Assembly (NCBI GenBank): GCA_000214015.2
Contig: CAID01000015.2
Location: 355,323-361,281, forward strand
Reading direction: 5' to 3'
Origin: Ostreococcus tauri
Lineage: Eukaryota
Length of the DNA: 5,959 nt
Shown: in pieces, positions 1-4,692 of the stretch
How positions within the stretch are numbered: the stretch's first letter is position 1
Layout: every line of letters starts with the position of its first letter
The notes under the pieces: generated by a model
What the model was told of the DNA's origin: nothing
The model's input: the letters and a program-made list of their open reading frames with translations, nothing else
Databases searched by the model: none
Program-made: the position numbers and the translations under genes

Positions 1-1024
1 CAGAAGCTAAATAGTTGCATGTCAAGCACGGCGAGGCGAGTGAACGTGACGCCACAGTTGTCCAGTCTTTTGTATCGAAGAGCTGTACCATTCCCTTCCC
101 GATCGTCTCACCAATCTCTTGCGTACCTAACGCAAGAACGATTTCATCCGCTCGAAACGACAGACATGTCACGGCCAAACCTTTGTTGTGATCCAATACC
201 GTGTCTAAACGTGCGCTCTCAGTCTCCAGGTTGACCCGCCAAACGTGCAAGCACCCGTCAGAAGACCCGGCAGCAACGGTGAGTTCAGGAGCCCTCTGCG
301 TAATTGCAATTGAAATGACGTATTTCAGTTGTTCAGATGCGAGTCTGTGAAGCATTCGGAGCCGAGATCCATCCACTGAGATTTTCCAAATCCTGACCAC
401 ACCATCTCTGCCCGCGGATACAAGCGTTTCATTCCCCGAAAGCGCAACGGCTCGCACCAGCCCATCATGCGCAGCCTTCATACTCGCAACACGGTGTCCA
501 TCGCTGAGCGCCCAAATCGCGAGACTCCCATCATCGGTTCCAGTCGCTGTGATGCTCCCATCTGAACTCACTGTCAGACTCGTCACCGGCGCGCTGTGCT
601 TGCCGAGGAGGTACACCAAGCTCGGCTCGGACTCGTTCATTGGGAGGGAGGTGAACAGCAAATTTTGTGACTCTGCCTGAACGACTAAAATCGCCCCCGG
701 CTGACCTGGGATGAACGCGAACTCCCACCAAGGTCTTCCGGTTGGCGTCGAGACGCCATCCTTGGACGTTTGAAATTGAAATCTTCTGACCTTGCTCCCG
801 CCCGGCGTCACCCTGATCGTGCGAAGGATCCCGAAGTGCTGCACGACGGCGACCAAGGTGGAATCGTTGGGATCTCCAGCACCGCGATCGTACAGCTCTC
901 CGTCCCTGATATTATATCCACCGGCGCGTTCGTCCGAGACGGACTCACCGCGCAGGCCGGACGCGTGCGCGGTCGACTTGTCATCGTCGTCCAAGGGAAG
1001 CGCCACGAGCTTGAGTCTGGACAT
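1..1024 (-). CDS. WD40-repeat protein, 5' part of the gene (341 codons; start codon 1024..1022; in-frame codons 1024..2; CDS continues past the left edge)
   Basis: I reverse-complemented and translated every line by hand. The minus frame with codons ending at 1024, 1021, ..., 4 is open for all 341 codons. The first ATG (1024..1022, A at -3) follows an in-frame TGA at 1081..1079. The translation starts MSRLKLVALPLDDDDKST. It contains canonical WD40 blades: GKHSAPVTSLTVSSDGSITATGTDDGSLAIWAL (604..506), AHDGLVRAVALSGNETLVSAGRDGVVRIWKI (472..380), YVISIAITQRAPELTVAAGSSDGCLHVWRV (ends 233) and LALGTQEIGETIGKGMVQLFDTKDW. It is absent from the ORF track because no stop lies inside the window. Confidence 0.85.
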   Translation of the reverse strand, partial: MSRLKLVALPLDDDDKSTAHASGLRGESVSDERAGGYNIRDGELYDRGAGDPNDSTLVAVVQHFGILRTIRVTPGGSKVRRFQFQTSKDGVSTPTGRPWWEFAFIPGQPGAILVVQAESQNLLFTSLPMNESEPSLVYLLGKHSAPVTSLTVSSDGSITATGTDDGSLAIWALSDGHRVASMKAAHDGLVRAVALSGNETLVSAGRDGVVRIWKISVDGSRLRMLHRLASEQLKYVISIAITQRAPELTVAAGSSDGCLHVWRVNLETESARLDTVLDHNKGLAVTCLSFRADEIVLALGTQEIGETIGKGMVQLFDTKDWTTVASRSLASPCLTCNYLAS

Positions 1025-1158
1025 CGTGACGAAGACTTTCAATCTCACGCGTGCGCTCGAGCGGACGACGATTCGACGTCAACGTTCGCGGCACCGCGCT
1101 GTGACGCGACCGAGAGCTGTCGGTCGTCCTGTTCAAACCAACTACCTCTCCTCACAGA
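1025..1158. promoter_or_regulatory. 134-bp head-to-head spacer between the WD40 and IMPase start codons (putative bidirectional promoter plus both 5' UTRs)
   Basis: It lies between divergent start codons at 1024 (minus) and 1159 (plus). It contains an ACGCGT hexamer at 1047-1052. I can recognise no TATA box. The function is inferred from position only. Confidence 0.5.
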
Positions 1159-2705
1159 ATGGCGTCTACGTGCGCTTCCGCGCCCTCTCGCTCGGCGTCC
1201 TCTCGCTCGACGAGAGCATCGATCGATCGTCGACGTCGTCGCGCTCGACGCTTCGCGTTCGTTCATCGCCGCAACGCCGTCTCGGTCGAGGCATCGCCCG
1301 ATGGGACGTCCTTGGAGCGCGTCCTCGAGGTGAGTCGCTCGCGCAGAAGAGTATCGCCGTGAACTGACCGACGTTCGCGCTCAGGCGGCTGTGCGAGCGG
1401 CGAAGGAGGGTGGGACCGTCATGGCTCGCAAGGTCGGCGCGGAAGTCATAAAAACCAAGGCCAACGCTCGAGACTTGCTCACAGAGGTGGACGGGGAGGT
1501 GCAACGAATCATCGAGGCAAAGGTAGCCGAGGAGTTCCCACACCACGGTTTTCTGGTAAGACAGCAAGGTCTCTGTTTTCATCAGAACGACACTAACGAA
1601 CGCGGTAGGGCGAAGAAAGCGTCGCGGCCGGTAAAGATGCGAGCGCGGATGCGCTCAGGGAGGTGTTGGAGACGGGTATGTTGAGTCGTCTCGCACGCGT
1701 TGACGGGAATTTAATTAATTATTCGCAAGGGAAATACGCCTCGATATTCGCGCATGGGACACTGATTGACTGTAAATCGACGCGCAGGACCGGAGTGGCT
1801 GTGGGTCGTCGATCCTATCGACGGCACGACAAATTTCGTGCACGGCTTGCCGTTATCGGCGATCTCCATCGGAGTGGCTTACAAAGGGTGAGTATTAAAT
1901 AATTCTTCATGGACACTTTTGTAAGACTTGACGCGCGTACGCGCGACCCAGAGGCGTGAAAACTGACCACCACGTTTCGATGCGTTCGCTCTGCAGGGAA
2001 CTGCAAGTGGCGGTAATTATGGATCCGTTTCGCGACGAATGCTTCACGGCTGTCCTCGGTGGTGGTGCGAAATTAAATGGCACTCCCATAAAGGTGGGCG
2101 AGGAGGCCACCGCCTTGGAAGCAGTCGTCGTGACCGGATACGCGCCCACGGACGCGTCGACTGAGGTTATGCTCAAGGGGATGACAGGTATTTCGCGCTC
2201 ATCTCGTCGTGAAGCGCGAAAATTAATTTTGAGAAGCAAAGACTGATTAATTAATTATTTGCGCGCGCAGCTTTGGCCACTTTACCGGTCCGGACGATCC
2301 GTATGTTCGGAAGCGCGGCTATCATGCTCGCGTGGGTGGCTTGTGGAAGAGTCACGGCCTATTTCGAGGCCGATCTAAACAGCTGGGACACCGCCGCGGG
2401 AGCATTGTTGGTGAGTGGATCTATTTATTTAATTTTCTCGAGTCATTTATTTCCGCCCTCGCAGATTAGAGAAGCGGGCGGTCGCATGACAAACCTCGTC
2501 GGAGAGGAATATGGTCCGTTTGAATACCTCGCGCGACGACGTAAATCTGTTCAGATCGCGATGATTCGACGTCCACGCGATTCGAGTGACTGAAGAAATA
2601 AATAAATTTTTTCACGCAGACCTCACTGTCAGGCCGATTTTGGCTAGCAACGGCGCGACTCACGACGAGCTACTGCGTTGTCTCATGTCTACTCAGCGGT
2701 GTTGA
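1159..2705 (+). CDS. Inositol monophosphatase family protein (IMPase/SuhB-like) with an Arg/Ser-rich N-terminal presequence; 8 exons
   Basis: Exons are 1159-1329, 1385-1555, 1609-1675, 1788-1887, 1997-2187, 2271-2410, 2465-2540 and 2620-2705. They sum to 1002 nt (333 aa plus TGA at 2703-2705). Junction phases 0,0,1,2,1,0,1 all close. The ATG at 1159 has A at -3 and G at +4. The spliced product is [334 protein letters not shown]. It carries the family signatures: F-x-GEE metal site (split by intron 2; GEESVAAG as I recall it in human IMPA1), W[11 protein letters not shown] (1802-1837), WDxAAG (2384-2401), EAGG and a C-terminal ILASNG. Confidence 0.88.
1330..1384 (+). other. Intron 1 of the IMPase gene (55 nt, phase 0)
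   Basis: GTGAGT donor and CTCAG acceptor. A CTGAC branch-like motif lies about 17 nt upstream of the acceptor. Splicing joins ...SLERVLE to [10 protein letters not shown]..., the usual start of the IMPase fold. Confidence 0.85.
1556..1608 (+). other. Intron 2 of the IMPase gene (53 nt, phase 0)
   Basis: GTAAGA donor, ACTAAC branch-like motif and GGTAG acceptor. Splicing restores the conserved HHGFL-GEES metal-binding motif. Confidence 0.85.
1676..1787 (+). other. Intron 3 of the IMPase gene (112 nt, phase 1); an alternative in-frame donor exists at 1631
   Basis: GTATGT donor and GCGCAG acceptor, with CTGAT/TTGAC branch-like motifs. It has an AT-only core, ttaattaattatt, at 1711-1723. Splicing joins ...REVLETG to [14 protein letters not shown] second phase-1 donor (GTAAAG at 1631) would also be in frame. 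Confidence 0.7.
1888..1996 (+). other. Intron 4 of the IMPase gene (109 nt, phase 2)
   Basis: GTGAGT donor, CTGAC branch-like motif and CTGCAG acceptor. Splicing joins GVAYK-G to [11 protein letters not shown]. The intron contains a 14-nt perfect palindrome, cgcgcgtacgcgcg, at 1932-1945. Confidence 0.85.
2188..2270 (+). other. Intron 5 of the IMPase gene (83 nt, phase 1)
   Basis: GTATTT donor, CTGAT branch-like motif and GCGCAG acceptor. Splicing joins ...MLKGMT-A to [16 protein letters not shown]. It contains the same ttaattaattatt 13-mer (2247-2259) as intron 3. It also has a 9-bp-stem hairpin (2191-2199 pairing with 2213-2221). Confidence 0.85.
2411..2464 (+). other. Intron 6 of the IMPase gene (54 nt, phase 0, in frame and stop-free)
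   Basis: GTGAGT donor and TCGCAG acceptor, with an AT-rich core ctatttatttaattttc. Removing it restores the contiguous family motif [16 protein letters not shown]. The ORF track reads straight through it as [18 protein letters not shown]. Confidence 0.8.
2541..2619 (+). other. Intron 7 of the IMPase gene (79 nt, phase 1); an alternative in-frame donor exists at 2514
   Basis: GTAAAT donor, CTGAA branch-like motif, T-run and ACGCAG acceptor. Only an exon start at 2620 puts the C-terminal [18 protein letters not shown] in frame with a phase-1 donor. Donors at 2541 and 2514 are both phase 1. Confidence 0.65.
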
Positions 2706-2770
2706 GTCGCATTTGATTGTTCTACACGCTACATGCTACCATAGTCTATAATCCCAACCGCACCTTACTC
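2706..2770. terminator. 65-bp tail-to-tail spacer between the IMPase stop (2703-2705) and the stop of the minus-strand small protein (2771-2773); 3'-end formation region for both genes
   Basis: It lies between convergent stop codons and is less GC-rich than its flanks (catttgattgttctacacgctacatgctaccatagtctataatcc). I can name no recognisable poly(A) signal. The role is inferred from position. Confidence 0.4.
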
Positions 2771-3148
2771 TCACTTCTTTGTCGGCGTCTTCTTACGAAA
2801 CCCGAGCGCCTCTAGGTCCTGCGTCACCACATTCGATCGACCTCTCAGTTGCGGAGGCAAGAGCGTATTCACCTTGCCGATCGAATTAGGATTCTTATGC
2901 TGTCCTTGACGCGGATTCATAAGCGGCGCAGGCGCTGGGCGCTTCATTCCCGTCGACTCGTTCGCGCCGCCGCCGCCCGCGAACGCCGCCGACGCAGACG
3001 GTAACGATATTTTCGCCTTTGGAGCCTCGTTCTTCGTCTCCATCTTCACCGGTGACGCTGTGCTCTTACCCTTTCGGTTTTCCCCCTCGCTTTCATTCTC
3101 TCTCACCTCCTCGTCGTCGTCCGAGGACGAGTAGTCCAGTCCGAGCAT
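2771..3148 (-). CDS. Small (125 aa) low-complexity protein with an acidic Ser/Asp/Glu-rich N-terminus and a basic C-terminus; function unknown
   Basis: Complete ATG..TGA ORF from the track: MLGLDYSSSDDDEEVRENESEGENRKGK...LLPPQLRGRSNVVTQDLEALGFRKKTPTKK. The ATG has A at -3. Third codon positions are mostly G/C, as in the neighbouring genes. The ORF fits exactly between the flanking genes. I do not recognise a specific domain. Confidence 0.6.
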   Translation of the reverse strand: MLGLDYSSSDDDEEVRENESEGENRKGKSTASPVKMETKNEAPKAKISLPSASAAFAGGGGANESTGMKRPAPAPLMNPRQGQHKNPNSIGKVNTLLPPQLRGRSNVVTQDLEALGFRKKTPTKK

Positions 3149-3432
3149 TCTTTCTCTCCGTGACCACGCTCGAGTCGGCGTCGTCCGTCGTCGCCCGTCC
3201 TCCTCCGAGCTCGTCGACCGATCGATCGATCCCGTCGCGCGGAGCGTTCACCGATCGTCTCTGCACCGCGCGCGCTCGCTCGCGCGCGAGGCGCCCCGCC
3301 CTGTGCGGACTCGGTCGATTCACTCGAGCTCGTCGTGACGTGGACGAGGGAGACGTCGAGTGCGTTGAAATCGTGCATCCGTCGCCGCACACCGCGTCGT
3401 ACGACGCGCCGTCGACCCCGGAGGGCGTCCTC
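3149..3432. promoter_or_regulatory. 284-bp head-to-head spacer between the small-protein and methyltransferase start codons (putative bidirectional promoter plus 5' UTRs)
   Basis: It lies between divergent ATGs at 3148 (minus) and 3433 (plus). It is very GC-rich: I counted 47/60 G+C for 3241-3300. It contains (CGAT)3 at 3219-3231 and a 12-nt palindrome, ctcgcgcgcgag, at 3279-3290. The open reading through it in the track has no ATG. Confidence 0.5.
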
Positions 3433-4371
3433 ATGTTCACCGCGAGCGTGCACACGCTCACCGCGCGCGCGCTGTTCGCCGTGAGGTCGTCGCACGGGCG
3501 ACGCGCGCCCGCGATGAGCTCGACGTCGACGTCTTCGGGACATCACCGAGAGGACGAGCGACACGCGGCGAGCGTGACGTCGAGACGAAGCGCGTTCGTC
3601 GCGAGCGGATCGGCGGCGATATTACGTACGATCGGCGTCGGGGCGGCGACGCACGTCGGGAAGGCGCGAGCGTTCGGGGCGCCGCGGGCGAAGAGCGACC
3701 CGTACGCCGACGTCTTAAAGGACCCGCAGTTTCCGGACAAGTACCCGTTCGGAGAGAAGGAGATGGCGCGATACGACGAGAGCTCTGATTTTATCTTTTA
3801 TTCTCAACCGAGATTCGTGACGCACATCGACGACGAGGCGATCGGGGCCCTAACCAAGTATTACGAACGCGAGTTTCCGCCGGCGAGCGACGACGTGGCG
3901 ATTTTGGATGTGTGCAGCAGCTGGATCTCGCACTATCCGAACGGGTACAAGGCTGGGAAAATCTCTGGGGTGGGCATGAACGAGGATGAGCTTAAGAGAA
4001 ACCCGGTGCTCACCGACTACGCGGTTCGGGACCTGAATGAGGACCCGACGTTTCCGTACGCCGATAACACCTTTGACGTCGTCACCAACACGGTGAGCGT
4101 GGACTATCTCACCAGACCACTCGACGTCATGAAAGAGGTGAGACGAGTTTTGAAACCGGGTGGACTCGCCATCATGAGTTTTAGTAACAGATGCTTCCCG
4201 ACCAAGGCTGTGGCGATCTGGACCGCCACGGGCGATCTCGACCACGTCTGGATTGTCGGCGCGTACTACCACTTCGCCGGCGGCTTTGAGCCTCCTCAGG
4301 GCGAGGACATCTCCCCGAACCCCGGGCGAACCGACCCAATGTTCGTCGTCACGGCGAGAAAGAGTGCGTAG
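3433..4371 (+). CDS. SAM-dependent methyltransferase-fold protein (Methyltransf_11-like; plant/algal plastid-predicted family) with an N-terminal presequence; 312 aa
   Basis: 3433 is the first ATG of the long open frame. The track start at 3019 is a TTG inside the opposite-strand gene. An alternative ATG lies at 3514. The N-terminus is Ala/Arg/Ser/Thr-rich (MFTASVHTLTARALFAVRSSHGRRAP...). The conserved core is DESSDFIFYSQPRFVTHIDDEAIGALTKYY...ILDVCSSWISHYP (3901-3939)...FDVVTNTVSVDYL...VLKPGGLAIMSFSNRCFPTKAVAIWTATGD...GGFEPP...DISPNPGRTDPMFVV. From memory this matches a conserved plant/algal/cyanobacterial methyltransferase-like family. The stop is TAG at 4369-4371. Confidence 0.85.
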   Translation: MFTASVHTLTARALFAVRSSHGRRAPAMSSTSTSSGHHREDERHAASVTSRRSAFVASGSAAILRTIGVGAATHVGKARAFGAPRAKSDPYADVLKDPQFPDKYPFGEKEMARYDESSDFIFYSQPRFVTHIDDEAIGALTKYYEREFPPASDDVAILDVCSSWISHYPNGYKAGKISGVGMNEDELKRNPVLTDYAVRDLNEDPTFPYADNTFDVVTNTVSVDYLTRPLDVMKEVRRVLKPGGLAIMSFSNRCFPTKAVAIWTATGDLDHVWIVGAYYHFAGGFEPPQGEDISPNPGRTDPMFVVTARKSA

Positions 4372-4390
4372 GCGGTCGCTCATCCAGCGA

Positions 4391-4413
4391 TGTTTGATTT
4401 GATTTGATGTTTG
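4391..4413 (+). repeat. Imperfect pentanucleotide T/G-rich repeat, tgttt-gattt-gattt-gatgt-ttg, 20 nt after the methyltransferase stop
   Basis: Read directly from the sequence. It sits in the 99-bp spacer between tandem genes and may act as a U/G-rich 3'-end element (inference). Confidence 0.6.
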
Positions 4414-4470
4414 CTCTTCAACCGCGCGCGCGTTCGCTCGAGCCGCCGCAGTGCGAGGCTCCTCGAGCAC

Positions 4471-4692
4471 ATGCTCGCCCCTCTTTCCCTCGTCCCTCCG
4501 TGCCGCGCCCACTTCACGCGCGGGCGCAACACGAACGCGCCCTCGAGCGTCCGTGCGAGCGCCGCGCGACGGACGATCGAGAAGAGAGACGACGCGAGCG
4601 CGCGAGGTGACATCGTCGATGGACGTCGACGTGTCCTCGGTGCTCTCATCGCGCTGACGTGTTCGATGACGACCGACGACGCGGCGATGGCC
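4471..4692 (+). other. Putative bipartite presequence of the DUF4399 protein: stromal-type transit peptide followed by a twin-arginine (Tat) lumen-targeting signal
   Basis: The presequence reads MLAPLSLVPPCRAHFTRGRNTNAPSSVRASAARRTIEKRDDASARGDIVDG-RRR-VLGALIALTCSM-TTDDAAMA/KDG. The RRR is at 4624-4632, a 12-residue hydrophobic core at 4633-4668, and an A-x-A (AMA) cleavage-type motif at 4684-4692 lies just before the conserved domain. Confidence 0.55.

Noticed and set aside
906-948. Possible minus-strand intron GTGAGT...ATCAG (43 nt) near the 5' end of the WD40 gene; a similar 44-nt GT..AG candidate lies near 66-109
   Set aside because: The lengths are not multiples of three, yet the same frame is open and protein-like on both sides. 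Both are shorter than every supported intron here. The read-through sequence fits WD40 blade patterns.
1047-1052. ACGCGT (MluI cell-cycle-box-like) hexamer in the WD40/IMPase spacer
   Set aside because: A CpG-rich palindromic hexamer is expected by chance in this composition. It also occurs inside intron 3. There is no supporting context.
770-1367. Plus-strand ORFs 770..1333 and 792..1367, plus 19..234 (plus), 531..731 (minus) and 1045..1266 (minus)
   Set aside because: They are antisense or out of frame to the WD40 CDS, or they run across the bidirectional spacer into IMPase exon 1 in the wrong frame. Their composition is low-complexity Arg/Ser and they carry no motifs.
1391-2593. Track ORFs 1391..1684, 1663..1902, 1956..2246 and 2273..2593 treated as separate genes
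   Set aside because: They are fragments of the one IMPase gene. Each contains exon sequence fused to intron read-through (for example [25 protein letters not shown]), and their M starts are GTG/TTG artefacts.
1676-2619. Intron-hosted snoRNAs in the longer introns: C-box-like ATGTTGA at 1678 with CTGA at about 1763, and ATGATTC plus CTGA in intron 7
   Set aside because: There is no exact C box (RTGATGA) and no convincing terminal stem. In intron 7 the boxes are only about 35 nt apart, which is too short for a C/D snoRNA.
1166-2663. Minus-strand ORFs 1166..1582, 1815..2006, 1907..2239 and 2466..2663
   Set aside because: They are antisense to IMPase exons and introns, show no recognisable domains and are interrupted relative to any sensible gene structure.
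3019-3432. N-terminal 138 codons of track ORF 3019..4371 (MEPRSSSPSS...)
   Set aside because: It starts at a TTG, not an ATG, and has no ATG before 3433. It overlaps the minus-strand gene 2771..3148. It reads as Pro/Ser/Arg-rich translation of GC-rich non-coding DNA, and the conserved methyltransferase sequence begins well downstream.
3577-3672. Second Tat-like string in the methyltransferase presequence (TSRRSAFVASGSAAILRTIGVGAATHVGKARA)
   Set aside because: The hydrophobic core is weak and interrupted by Arg. A SAM-dependent enzyme in the thylakoid lumen is biologically unlikely. This is more plausibly ordinary transit-peptide composition.
4411-4470. First 20 codons of track ORF 4411..5040 (MLFNRARVRSSRRSARLLEH)
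   Set aside because: The start is a TTG, and the first ATG in frame is 4471. The extension would begin 40 bp after the upstream gene's stop, inside the T/G-rich repeat.
3850-4512. 220-aa minus-strand ORF antisense to the methyltransferase gene; also 3093..3461, 3103..3564 and 3543..3740 on the minus strand
   Set aside because: These are Arg/Ala/Val-rich translations with no recognisable motif. They are typical antisense open frames opposite GC3-biased coding or GC-rich spacer DNA. The sense strand encodes a clearly conserved protein.
1056-4547. Apparent excess of CTCGAG: nine copies at 1056, 1324, 1467, 2437, 3169, 3323, 4437, 4462 and 4542
   Set aside because: Several copies lie in coding sequence, where they read as the preferred codon pair CTC-GAG (Leu-Glu). 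The rest lie in GC-rich spacers, an intron or out-of-frame positions. Codon and dinucleotide bias in CpG-rich DNA is a sufficient explanation without a proper background model.
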